Shown: positions 50,590 through 62,529 of the stretch, in pieces | How positions within the stretch are numbered: the stretch's first letter is position 1 | How the letters are laid out: the number at the start of each line of letters is the position of its first letter | Notes under the pieces: model-generated | Told to the model about the DNA's origin: nothing | The model's input: only the letters and a program-made list of their open reading frames with translations | Databases searched by the model: none | Assembly: GCA_030390025.1 (NCBI GenBank) | Contig: CM059432.1 | Span: forward strand, 129,272,001-129,336,000 | Direction: 5' to 3' | Origin: Squalus acanthias | Lineage: Eukaryota | DNA: 64,000 nt | Translations under genes and position numbers: made by a program

Positions 50590-52580
50590 TTTAAAAATGT
50601 ATCCATTCACGGGATGTGGGCGTCGCTGGCAAGGCCAGCATTTATTGCCCATCCCTAATTGCCCTTGAGAAGGTGGTGGTGAGCCGCCTTCTTGAACTGC
50701 TGCAGTCTGTGTGGTGAAGGTGCTCCCACAGTGCTTTTAGGGAGGGAGTTCCAGGATTTTGACCCAGTGACGATGAAGGATCGGTGATATAGTTCCAAGT
50801 CAGGATGGTGTGTGACTTGGAGGGGAACTTGGAGGTGGTGGTGTTCCCATGCGCCTGCTGCCCTTGTCCTTCTAGGTGGAAGAGGTCGCGGGTTTGAGAG
50901 GTGCTGCCGAAGAAAAGCTTGTGTGCTTCTCTTTTTAACAGGTGACCGCAGTCATTTTGGGAGGTGCTGTCGAAGAAGCCTTAACGAGTTGCTGCAGTGC
51001 ATCTTGTAGATGGTACACACTGCAGCCACTGTGCGCCGGTGGTGGAGGGAGTGAATGTTTAAGGTGATGGATGGGGTGCCGATCAAGCAGGCTGCTTTGT
51101 CCTGGATGGTGTCGAGCTTCCTGAGTGTTGCTGGAGCTGCACTCACCCAGGCAAGTGGAGAGTATTCAATCACAGTCCTGACTTGTGCCTTATAGATGGT
51201 GGAAAGGCTTTGGGGAGTCAGGATGTGAGTCACTTGCCACAGAATACCCAGCCTCTGACCTGCTCTTGTAGCCACAGTATTTATGTGGCTGGTCCAGTTA
51301 AGTTTCTGGTCAATGGTGACCCCCAGGATGTTGATGGTGGGGGATTTGGTGATGGTAATCCCATTGAATGTCAAGGGGCAGTGGTTAGACTCTCTCTTGT
51401 TGAAGGTGGTCAATGCCTGGCACTTGTGCGGCGCGAATGTTACTTGCCACTTAACAGCCCAAGCCTGAATGTTGTCCAGGTCTTGCTGCATGCGGGCACG
51501 GACTGCTTCATTATCTGAGGAGTTGCGAATGGAATTGAACACTGTGCAATCATCAGCGAACATCCCCACTTCTGACCCTATGATGGAGGGAAGGTCATTG
51601 ATGAAGCAGCTGAAGATGGTTGGGTCTAGGACACTGTCCTGAGGAACTCCTGCAGCGATGTGCTGGGACTAAGATGATTGGCTCCCAACAACCACAACCA
51701 TCTTCCTTTTTGCAAGTTATGACTCCAGCCAGTGGAGCATTTTCCCCCTGATTCCCATTGAATTCAATTTTACTCAGGCTCCTTGGTGCCACACTCGGTC
51801 AAATGCTGCCTTGATGTCAAGGGCAGTCATTCTCACCTCACTTCTGGAATTCAGCTCTTTTGTCCATGTTTGGATCAAGGCTGTATTGAGGTCTGGAGCT
51901 GAGTGGTCCTGGCGGAACCTAAATTGAGCATCGGTGAGCAGGTTATTGGTGAGTAAGTGCCGCTTGATAGCGCTGTCGACGACACCTTCCATCATTTTGC
52001 TGATGGGGTAGTAATTGGTTGAACTGGATTCGTCCTACTTTTTGTGGACAGGACATACCTGGGCAATTTTCCACTTTGTCGGGTAGATGCCAAGTTGTAG
52101 CTGTACTGGAACAGCTTGGCTAGAGGCGCGGCTAATTCTGGAGCAGAAGTCTTCAGCACTACAGCCGGGATGTTGTCGGGGCCCACAGCCTTTACTGTAT
52201 CCAGTGCGTTCAGCCGTTTCTTGATATCACGTGGAGTGAATCGAATTGGCTGAAGACTGGCTTCTGTGAAGTTGGACACCTCAGGAGGAGGCCGAGATGG
52301 ATCATCCACTCGGCACTTCTGGCTGAAGATGGTTGCAAACGCTTCAGCCTTGTCTTTTGCACTCATGTGCTCTGCTCCATTATCATTGAGGATGTGGATA
52401 TTCATGGAGCCTCCTCCTCCCATTAGTTGTTTAATGGTCCACCACCATTCACGACTGGACGTGGCAGGATTGCAGAGCTTTGATCTGATCCATTAGTGTG
52501 GGATTGCTTAGCTCTGTCTATAGCTCGCTGCTTCTGCTGTTTAGCATACATGTCGTCCTGTGTTGTAGCTTCACCAAGTT
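50590..52580 (-). mobile_element. CR1-group LINE (3729 family), 5'-truncated
   Basis: RT ORFs 50952-51569, 51774-51995 and 51992-52423; same 3' tail as 3729. Confidence 0.9.
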
Positions 52581-53147
52581 GTAAGATACCTTAGCTGTGT
52601 ATACATATAGATGTAGGATTAGGATTTGGTTTAATCTCATATGATTGAAGTTTATGGTTTCTTTTTACTTATAGATAGCTTGTAGGTTTTTTACTGTAGC
52701 TAGAATTAATGAAATGGTTAAAGTTGTTCCTTCCCAGGATGCTTCAGGTTTTATTGTGTCAGGGTACAATTTAGCTGAGACTCTTGTTTAGTTTTTGCTG
52801 AAACTGCAGGATATGTGATTCGTGTCTTGTCATTTATTTTTGTGGCCACATTGTGAAACGAGATAGCCAAGGCAGTCTTGGGATAGGAAGTGGGACAATG
52901 GAGCTCAGAATAATAGTTACATCCTAAATGGTAAACAAGTTGGCATCTGATGTTTTGAAGGAAATATTTCCTTTCTGGGGGGTCTTGTTCACAATATGTC
53001 ATGCCATAATGAATCAGCAATAATAGTGTTCATGAGAGATGTTCTATTAAGATCTTAAGCTTTTCTTAACAAGTTGTAGAGAGAGTCGGGTTTGAAAAGG
53101 ATCAACAGGGTTACATCTCCACCCGGGGAAACGTGGTAATATAAAGA

Positions 53148-53211
53148 AAAGAAAGAAAGACTTGTATTTATATAGCACCTTTCAAGACCACCGGACGTCT
53201 CAAAGCACTTT
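53148..53211 (-). mobile_element. SacSINE1-like tail
   Basis: (AAAG)n ACTTGTATTTATATAGCACCTTTC. Confidence 0.75.
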
Positions 53212-53729
53212 TCACGGATCGTGGAGTGGTGTCCCAATTTGGGGGGGTCCAATGGTGGTCTGGCAGTCTCAATTATGAGGGGGTCCGATGGTGGTCTGGG
53301 GGGATGGTGGTGGTCGGGCGAGGGGAGCAGATAGATCGCGGGGAGGGGGAGTTACTGGGTAGCTTGTTGTGCCTCAAGGAAGCACTCCTGCTCCTCCTGG
53401 CCCACAAGCAGTCTTGTAGAGGCATTTACCTTATGGATTCAGCCCTTCTTGCCTCCTTTAAGCTGCCTGGTTTCTTGAGGTCTGGGAAATTCGGCTGTCT
53501 GTGGTTAAAAATAGAATGAGTGTTAAAATGAAGGCAGGCAGCCTCATTATAATATTTAAAAGACCAACCCCCTTCCCGTGAGTGGATTGGTCGCCCACCC
53601 CTTGTCCCGCCTCCGTTAAAACTGGAAGTGGGCGGGTTCAAGGCGGGTTTGGTTCCTGCTCCAGATTTTTTGCATTTTAATGTCTGATACGATCACAACC
53701 CACCCAATTTTTGGAGTTAAGATTCAGCC
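53212..53729. mobile_element. Partial Harbinger-like element (37745/46588 family)
   Basis: GCCTCATTATAATATTTAAA...CTCCGTTAAAACTGGAAGTGGGCGGGTT matches 47260-47370. Confidence 0.7.
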
Positions 53730-54305
53730 CAGAGCTTCCGGTTGCCTGTCACTTTAATTCTCCGCTCCATTCGCACTCTGACCTCTCTGTCCTTGGCCTC
53801 TTGCACTGTTCCAACGAAGCTCAACGTAAGCTCGAGGAACAGTACCTCATTTTTCCATTAGGCACTTTACAGGCTTCCGACCTCAACATCGAGTTCATCA
53901 ATTTCAGTCCATAACCTCTGCCCTTATTTTTTCACATGGCAGCTGTTGATGATTCTGGTATAGCCATTTACACCGCTTCTAGACTCATCTTTTGTTTCTT
54001 TACTTGTCCCATTACCATCTCCTTTTGCTTTGTACAATCATCCCTTTTGTCATTTAATCTCTCCTGCCTTCCACCCTATCGCAGACCTTTCCCTTTTGTT
54101 CTTTCCTCCCCTCCCCCCTTTCCCTGCCCCTGCACTTGCTTAAAACCTGTTACATCGCTAACTTTCACCAGTTCTGACGAAAGGTCTTCGACCTGAAACG
54201 TTAACCCTGTTTCTCTCTCCACAGATGTTACCTGATCTGCTGCGTGTTCCCAGCATTTTCTGTTTTTATTTCAGATTTCCAGCATCCGCAGTATTTTGCT
54301 TTTGA
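53730..54305 (+). mobile_element. Penelope-like element 3' part (GIY-YIG endonuclease C-terminus plus terminal repeat)
   Basis: PVACHFNSPLHSHSDLSVLGLLHCSNEAQRKLEEQYLIFPLGTLQASDLNIEF, typical of the PLE endonuclease C-terminus (H-F-N; R..E..I.L.T..P.GLN). Confidence 0.8.
54169..54206 (+). ncRNA. Minimal type-I hammerhead ribozyme motif
   Basis: CAGTT-CTGACGA-A-AGGTC-TTC-GACCT-GAAA-CGTT-AAC. Confidence 0.7.
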
Positions 54306-54339
54306 ACCACAGACTACAGTTTAACATCAGTTGTAGGGA

Positions 54340-55580
54340 AGTTACTGGAATTGTGATGGGTAGGCCATATCTGACCAATCTAGTTGATTCGTTTTTGAGG
54401 AGGTAACTGACTTGGTGGACAGGGGAGTGCCTATGGATGCCGTCTATATGGACTTCCAGAAAGCATTTGATAAGGTTTCTTCGGATTATTAGGCAAAATG
54501 AAATGCACACGGGATTGGAGGTAACCTTGTGACATGGGTTGGTAATTAGTTGGGAGGTAAGGAGATGGAGAGTAGGAACAAAAGGGAACGTACTCTGATT
54601 GGTGGGATGTGACAAGTGGAGTTCTCCAGAGATCTGTACTAAGGCCTCAGCTTTTCAGCGTATATATCAGTGACTTGGATGAAGGAATAGAGAGTTATAT
54701 ATCCAAGTTTGTAGATGGCACAGTAGGTTGTGTAGATGGGAGCAGGAAGTTACAAAGGGACATAGACAGACTGAGTGAGCGGATAAAGCTATAGCAGATG
54801 GAGTTCAATGTGGGGAAATGTGAGGTCATCCATTTTGGATCCGAGAAAGACATATTAGAATAATGCTGAGAGACTAAGAGCTGTGGAGGAGCAAAGGGAT
54901 TTAGGTGTCTATGTATACAAATCACTAAAAGCTGGTGTACAGGTGCAAAAAGAAATCATAAAGGCTAATGGAATGTTGGTCGTTATCTCAAGGGGTTTGA
55001 AATACAAAATTGAGAAAATTATGCTTCAGATTTACAAAGTCCCATCTGGAGTAACTGTGTTCAGCTTTGGGCACCGAACCTCAAGAGAGATGTATTGGCC
55101 TTGGAAGGGGTAAAGCGCAGATTCACCAGAATGATACCAGATCTTAAAGGGTTAAATTATGAGGACAGATTGCATAAGCTTGGCTTGAGTTTGAAAGGTT
55201 GCACGGGGATCTAATCGAGGTGTTTAAAATGATAAAGGGATTTGATGCAGTCGATAGAGAGAAACTATTTCCTCTGGTGGGGAAATCCAGAACAAGGGGT
55301 CATAACCTTAAAATGAGAGCTAGGTCATTCAAGGGTGATGTCAGGAAGCACTTCTTCACACAAAGGGTAGTGGAAACTGAAACTCTCTCCCCAAAAGGAT
55401 GTCGATGCTGGGTCACTTGATATTTTCAAGACTAAGGTTGATAGATTTTCATTGGGTAAGTGTATCAAGGGATGTGGAGCAAAGGTAGGTAAATAGGGTT
55501 GAGATACAGATCAGCCATGATCTCAGTGAATGTCAGAACAGGCTCGAGGGGCTGAGTGGCCCGCTCCTGTTCCTGTGTCT
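54340..55580 (+). mobile_element. CR1/HER-like LINE RT and 3' end, degenerate
   Basis: DAVYMDFQKAFDKV, VTSGVLQRSVLRPQLF, SRTRGHNLKMR...FFTQRVV; CR1 tail. Confidence 0.85.
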
Positions 55581-56029
55581 CTAATAAATTGAGGGAAGGC
55601 ACAGCAAACAATTCAATAGATGAATGTAATCATATTATTGTGAAATATGTTGAGTTTTTAACAGTTTGTTTATAAAAAATTTCAATTACTGAGGGAAAAT
55701 TGGCAGTTCAAAAATATTCAGATGATTGTTGACAAATCTGCTAAACAATGCAACCTAGTGGCTAGAACATGTAACTACAGGGTGAAAAGCTGTTACCTTA
55801 ATGGACAAATGCGACCAAAAAAGGTGAGAGAGCAGGCATTACCAGATGTGGACCAAATTAATATTCAAAACCCCATAGACACTGTTTGCATAGGACTGTT
55901 GAATGGAAAGATGACCGGATATACTGTTTTTAATTCCCTGCCAATCCGCTGTGTTGTTGCACATGGGGAGTCAAGACCTAATGTGCTTAGAGGTCAGGAG
56001 GGACATTGGAGCCAGGTGCGAGTAGAGCT

Positions 56030-56340
56030 GAGAGTTGATGGGGAGAGGGAGAAGGGGAGAGGTAACGAGATGTGAGCACGGGGAGAGAAGGGGAGGAGAG
56101 AGGGAGAGAAGATGTGGGAAAGGGAGAGAGGAGAAGGATGGTAAGAGGGACACAGGGAGGAGGAAACGGGGGAGAGGAGGATGGGGGAAGTAGCTGGGGA
56201 AGAGGTAAGGAGGTGAGGCCAGGGTGTAAAGGGGGATGGGGAAGTGAGAGGCCGAGAGAAGGCAGGGGACCAGGAGGACGTGGAGGAGAGTGGGGAAGCA
56301 AGGGATGGGTGGATGGGGCTGGGTGGAGGAAGGGAAGGAA
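56030..56340 (+). repeat. Purine-rich low-complexity tract
   Basis: GA/GG-rich, no stable unit. Confidence 0.6.
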
Positions 56341-56643
56341 TCTCTCACAGCGAGGAGGGGTGTTGGTGAAATCCCCCTTGGTCCAGGCCCTGAATCATTA
56401 TTCAGTGGGGAAGGGGAGAGGGATAGGTCTCAATGAATCTAGGCCCCAAATTGAATCCTTGCTTAGTGGGGTGGGAGCATAGCTCTTCCTGAGATAGAGA
56501 CTGAATCCTTGCTCTGTGAGGTGAGGAGTTTGCCAGGAACAGTCAGGAACTTTAAAAAGCATTTATGACCATTGGAGGCCAATTGAGCGTTGAGACGTTA
56601 ATTCAAGTAGTTAGGAGCAAACAGGGAGTCAGCAAATCATCCA

Positions 56644-57092
56644 CAGCTCAGGGGGTAGCACTCTCGCCTCCGTAGTTGGAAGGTTGTGGGTTCAAGTCCC
56701 ACTCCAGAGACTTGACCACAAAAATCTAGGGTGACACTGCAGTGCAGTACTGAGGGAGTGCTGCACTGTAGGAGGTGCCGTCTTTTGGATGAGACGTTAA
56801 ACCGAGGCCCCGTCTGCTCTATCAGGTGGACATAAAAGATCCCATGGCACTATTTCGAAGAAGAGCAGGGGCGTTCTCCCTGGTGTTCTGGCCAATATTT
56901 ATCCCTCAACCAACATCACTAATAACTGGTCATTATCTCATTGCTGTTTGTGGGAGCTTGCTGTGCGCAAATTGGCTGCCGCATTTCCCACATTACAACA
57001 GTGACTATACTTCAAAAAATAAGTACTTCATTGGCTGTAAAGCACTTTGGGATGTCCTGAGGTTGTGAAAGGCGCTATATAAATGCAAGTCG
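56644..57092 (+). mobile_element. Near full-length SacSINE1-like SINE
   Basis: GCTCAGGGGGTAGCACTC head, GGTTCAAGTCCC, Deu core, tail. Confidence 0.85.
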
Positions 57093-57639
57093 TTCGTTAT
57101 TTTCACATGGACAGGTAGACAGACAATATTTGGACAAAGGTTATCTAGAAAGTACGAAGGCAGCTTAATTAGCTTTCCAAGGACACTGGAGGCACACAAA
57201 TAGGGTCGGGAGAGAGAGCTGAGCCTTACAATGGCAATTGGGAGTATCTTGTCTATGTCAGATGCAAGATGGCGGTAGATCGTGATGTTGGAAAAAGTGG
57301 AGAGAGGTTCTGTATGATTGACAAGGATTAAAGTTACAGACACAGGGGAAAAGGGAAGGCTTTGTCTGCCATTAGTGGTCAGCGGGAGACGGTAGATATC
57401 AGATTCCAGGTAAAAGAACTGGCCAAAGATAAATTTAGGCAATATTTAGCACCTGGGAGGAGAAAATAAAAGGTTATCAAATATATACACATTTAAAATT
57501 TAAAATATAAATAAAATCTAACAAACTCACCTTGTTTTTTTAACATATATATATATATATATCTTGTACAGTAAGAATCCAAAAATGGTGCCAATTTGGA
57601 ACTGAGTAGAGGCAGTCCACAGTGCGTATTGCTGCTCCC

Positions 57640-57674
57640 TAGTGCCATCCAGTGGCCAGAACTTGCAACTGCAG
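57640..57674 (-). promoter_or_regulatory. Candidate CTCF site with upstream motif
   Basis: Minus strand TGCAGTTGC-N6-TGGCCACTGGATGGCACTA versus consensus TGGCCACYAGRKGGCRCTA (one mismatch) plus a TGCAG upstream motif. Confidence 0.6.
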
Positions 57675-57696
57675 CACCACTGACTGTCACATCAAT

Positions 57697-57808
57697 AAAG
57701 AAAAGAAAGACTTGCATTTCTATAGCGCCTTTCACGGCCACCGGACATCCCAAAGCGCTTTACAGCCAGTGAAGTACTTTTTGAAGTGTAGTCACTGTTG
57801 TAATGTAG
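57697..57808 (-). mobile_element. SacSINE1-like tail
   Basis: AAAGAAAGACTTGCATTTCTATAGCGCCTTTCAC... Confidence 0.8.
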
Positions 57809-58529
57809 TGGATAGATGGGAAAATGCAACAGGCAGGAATTACCAGGTGTGGCAACAAGATGAAAAAATCCATAGGCACTGTTGGCATCGGATTTTTGAG
57901 TGGAAAGCCCGTTGTACTATTCTATGATTCTATATCATTTTTAATAATAGATAAACCAATAAGTAGGGCAAGATTTGCAAGGCCTGGCATAGAACCTTGC
58001 TTGATCGGAGCATGGATCAGAGGATTGAGTACGACCAGCTTCACGGGGCTGGAAACTTTCCAGTAATTAATCTTTTGCAGGGCTCTGCTCTGGGTGCCTT
58101 TGCAAAAGATTAATCACCTGAAAATCAATCCTAATAAATACTTGCTGTGCTGATATTTTGTAATGTTGCCCATCCCTTTTTATAACGAATGTCACAATTC
58201 CATAAGAAAATACTAATAGAAATAAGTCTTGGACACCTGAGTAGGACTCCAGCACTTGCTTTTATTTATGTTCCCTTGTGCAATTCTGTGTGGGTTTATC
58301 AGAATAAGACTTTAATGCGGCCTTAACGGTTCTTAACTGGCGATAATTTCCGATCAGCCATTTTAGGCTGGGACAAAGATTCAGAGTTGAGGTAAAAATG
58401 GACTCAAAGTCTGTTACCACTTCCTACTAGTCTTGCTCCCCATTTGTTCATGTGCACTTTTTAATTAACTTAGAGGAAACTATGGCCTCAAACAGAGGTG
58501 TGTACAATGCTGTGGTCAATGATGTGTCA

Positions 58530-58780
58530 ATAGTATTTCCCCCCGAATACAATCCTGTCCTTACCTGATATCTTCACCTGCTCACTTTCCAACAGAAGTC
58601 TTTGGATAGCAACCAGGAGTGGGAACTATAGCTGATTGTTTTCTCCGCCTTACCAGTCCCCTACCTGAGATCAGCGGTCACACCCCAAGCAGCTAATTCA
58701 ACGAAGGTAGTGATCGGACTGCTTGTTCTTCAGAGATAACGCAATGCAGCACACTTATCCATTACACCATCGGAGGAGCT
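58530..58780 (-). mobile_element. Old AmnSINE2-like SINE fragment
   Basis: ATCCTGTCCTTACCTGA...CACTTTCCAACAG...TGGATAGCAACCAGGAG...GCTGATT...CTGAGATCAGC. Confidence 0.55.
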
Positions 58781-58852
58781 CAGTACAAAGCACCACTCAA
58801 TAAAAAGGGAGAGAAAAGTGGAAATAAAAACGTATTTTTAAATAGATCTACT

Positions 58853-59281
58853 GGGCTGGATTTTCATTGACCCATGGAGGCGGGTTTGGAGGCGTGTGGG
58901 GGGTTAGAATTGCAAAAACTGGCGGGCGGGCACAAGTCCGCCTCCATCCCGCCTCCACGCAATTTTCATTAAATCGTGTCTGCTGGTCCCGACTCCGTCC
59001 CGCCTTTAAGAGGCGGGATAGGCTGTTAAGGCCCTTAACAAGCACTAAATTGGCTCTATAATGCCATTTTGAAAGGCCTTTGTGATTTTAATCCTTGTTC
59101 TACGTGAAGCACGCCTGTTCTGAAACACGAATGTGAAACCTGGCGGGAACACATTTCGAAAGCTGACTATCAGCTGCAGGTCCACTATTACAGCGGAGTA
59201 GTAGTAGGAAAAATATCTGGGAGCAGACCTAGGGCTGCTGCTGCTCATTTTGCCTTCAGGTCCTCTCACAGCAAAGGCAAG

Positions 59282-59322
<41 letters not shown>

Positions 59323-59572
59323 GCATCCAGGTCCTCTCACAGCAAAGGCCAGGCAGTCTTTGCAGACCTTCAATGCAGCAGCAATGATGACATCATCAGA
59401 GGCGACTTTCAGACTGAAAACACTAATTGGTTCATGGGTTCCCACATGCTGCAACTCAATTGCCCAATTAGGTGAAAATCGCATCAATCTCCCACATCCA
59501 ATTGCAGTCGGGTGGATAACACAAAAAGTGGATAACACGACCCCAAGCCGCCCCAATATCAAAATCCAGCCC
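58853..59572. mobile_element. Harbinger-like MITE
   Basis: Perfect 12-bp TIR GGGCTGGATTTT / AAAATCCAGCCC; exact TSD ACT; internal (CT)n 59283-59316 inside a short direct duplication. Confidence 0.85.
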
Positions 59573-59649
59573 ACTGTGCGTGAAGCAATTGGCTCTCAAC
59601 AAGTATTTACAGATTCTGAACGGGCCCTTCAAACTTTGATCAAAAGGAC

Positions 59650-59812
59650 TTCATTCCCTTCAAAAGGGAATTGGATAAATACTTGAAAAGGAGAAATTTG
59701 CAGGGCAATAGGGAAAGAACAGGGGACTGGGACTAATTTTAAGCTCTTTCAAAGAGCCGGCAGAGGCACGATGAGCTGAATGGCCTCCTTCTGTGTTGTA
59801 TGGTTCTATGAT
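59650..59812 (+). mobile_element. CR1-like 3' tail
   Basis: TTCAAAAGGGAATTGGATAAATAC...GCTGAATGGCCTCCTTCTGTGTTGTATGGTTCTATG; a similar tail lies at ~60965-61047. Confidence 0.7.
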
Positions 59813-60315
59813 GTTATTGCAAGAAGACTTATTTTGTGTGATTTTCCCAATACATCAACCCACGCTTAGCTTGTTCCATGTCTGGTAGCTGGATTTTGAT
59901 TTATTTATCATAAAATCAAACCGCCCACCTATTCCCCAACCCCAAAGGAAGTATTTTGTATAAGTGCGATAATGGGCCTTCCAACAGCTTCCCCGCCAAC
60001 AGTTTCCTTAGAAGAGTAAATTCATCTTCCATCTGTATCGGGATATATATAGACAAGTATTGCTCCTGACACTCACCTGCCATTTCATTAATGGTAAATG
60101 TTACTGTTTGCACAGCTGAACAAGCTCTTCTGTCTTTCATATCATCAGGCCATGCCACTCTGATGACCACCCGGGCACTTCCAGATTCCCAGCCGCTGCC
60201 ATGTCCTCACCAACTCCGTCCATGCATCTTACTCAACAGCAGAGAGACACCCACTCATGAGGAATTAGTTAGACAGTCTGAAGGGTTGTCACCAGGGGAG
60301 TCAATAAGCACTAGT

Positions 60316-60704
60316 AAGAAAGAAAGACTTGCATTTATATGACACCTTTCATGGCATCAGGACGTCCCAAAGCACTTTATAGCCAATGAAGTACTTTTGA
60401 AGTGTAGTCACTGTTGTGATGTAGGAAACGCGGCAGCCAATTTGTGCACAGCAAGCTCCCACAAACAGGAATTAAATAAATGACCAGATAATCTGTTTTA
60501 GGTGTTACTTCCAACTGAGAGGGTAGACGTGGCCTTGTTTTAACATTTCATCCTAAAGACAACACCTCCAACAGTGCAGCACTCCCTCGGTACTGCATGG
60601 AATGTCAGCCCAGATTATGTGCTCAAGCTTCAGGAGCAGGGCTTGAGAACCCAGGACCTTCTAACCCAGAGGCGAGAACGTTACCACTGAGCCAACGCTG
60701 ACAC
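60316..60704 (-). mobile_element. SacSINE1-like SINE with internal deletion
   Basis: Tail, partial core and head (CCACTGAGCCAACGCTGACAC). Confidence 0.8.
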
Positions 60705-61349
60705 TAAGAGTGAGGACCTGGTGGCGGAGGAGGGCCATTCCTTCAAGGATGTGGGAGCAATTACTGTCCTTGGCTGAGGAGTGTAGGGGCCCAGATCTCA
60801 AGGGCCGTTCTTCAAATGAACAATGATTTGATCTCACGTAGAGGCAGTGGAGATTTTTTTTTGCCTTTTGCGTCCGCCCCTGGAAAATACTCTCCCCAAG
60901 TCACTTACAACGGCACTTTCTGCATCCCAATTGTTAACCTTATGCCTTCCATTATATACGGACAAAAAGCAGGGATGTGGGACTAAGCACGACTGCACTT
61001 TCAAAGAGCCAGCATGGGAATGACAGGCCGAATGGCCTCTTTCTGTGCTGTAAGTTTCTATGATTCTATTCCATTTGCCACGTTACCTCTGCACCCATCG
61101 ATCTGCTCAACCACTCCCTCATGCCCACCTTCGATGCCCCTGTCCCCAGCAAAACCTTTACTCTCTCTCATCCCGGTTGAACCCCCGATGTGGCCCATCT
61201 TCACTCGCTCAAGTTCAATTAGTGCAGACTTGAGCATATCTGGTTCAGCCATCCATCACCAGATCTGGCTGGACCATATCAAGCACTATTAGGCGTCACT
61301 CAGCTCTGCCCAAACCACTTACTACTGTAGGATCATCCAGGACAGCAGA

Positions 61350-61885
61350 AGTGCCTCCTCCTGAGGTCTCCACCATCACAGAAGCTAGTCTTCAGCCAAC
61401 TTGATTCACACCACATGATGTCAAGAAACGGCTGAGTGCACTGGATACAGCAAAGGCTGTGGGCCCCGACAACATCCCAGCTGTCGTGCTGAAGAATTGC
61501 GCTCCAGAACTAGCCGCGTCTCTAGCCAAGCTGTTCCAGTACAGCTGCAAACACTGGCATCTACAATGTGGAAGATTGCCCAGATATGTCCTGTTCACAT
61601 AAAACAGAATAAATCCAATCTGGCCAATTATCGCCTACTCACCAATAACCTGCTCACTGATGCACAGTTTGGGTTCTGCCAGGACCATTTGGCTCCAGAC
61701 CTCATTACAGCCTTAGTCCAAACATGGACAACAGAGCTGAATTCCAGAGGTGAGATGAGAGTGACTGCCCTTGACATCAAGGCAGCATCAAGGAGCCCTA
61801 GTAAAATTGAAGTCAATGGGAATCAGATGGAAAACTCCCCACTACCTGGAGACATAGCTAGCACAAAGGAAGATGGTTGTGGTTC
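61350..61885 (+). mobile_element. CR1-group LINE fragment (3729 family) with deletions
   Basis: LLTNNLLTDAQFGFCQDHLAPDLITALVQTWT...ALDIKAA. Confidence 0.85.
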
Positions 61886-62500
61886 AAAAGCAAAATACTG
61901 AGGATGCTGGAAATCTGAAATAAAAACAGAAAATGCTGGAAATACTCAGCAGGTCAGGCAACATCTGTAGAGAGAGAAACAGAGTTAACGTTTCAGGTCG
62001 ATGACCCTTCGTCAGAGTGGGAAAAAGTTGGAGATGTAACAGGTTTTTAAGCAAGTGTAGGGGCAGGGAGAGGGGGGAAGGGGAGGAAAGAACAAAAGGG
62101 AATGTCTGTGATAGGATAGAAGGCAGGAGAGATTAAGAGACAAAAGGGATGATGGTGCAAGGCAAAAGGAGATGGTAATGGGACAAGTTAAGAAACAAAA
62201 GATGACTCTAGATGAAGTGTAAATGGCAATGGCAGAATCATCAACAGCTGGCATGTGAGAGAGAGAAAAAAAATGATAGGGGCAGAGGTTATGGTCTGAA
62301 ATTGTTGAACTCGATGTTGTGTCCAGAAGGCTGTAAAGTGCCTAATCGAAAGATGAGGTGCTGTTCCTCGAGCTTCATTGGAACAGTGTAAGAGGCTGAG
62401 GATGGAGAGGTCAGAGTGGGAGTGGAGCGGAGAATTAAAGTGACAGGCGACCGGAAGCTCAGGGTCACCCTTACGGACTGAACTGAGGTGTTTCGCAAAG
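61886..62500 (-). mobile_element. Penelope-like element 3' part
   Basis: FAKHLSSVRKGDPELPVACHFNSP...LEEQHLIFRLGTLQPSGHNIEF; hammerhead-like motif at 61982-62020. Confidence 0.8.
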
Positions 62501-62529
62501 CCATGTGGGAAATCCACAATGCTTCCCAT

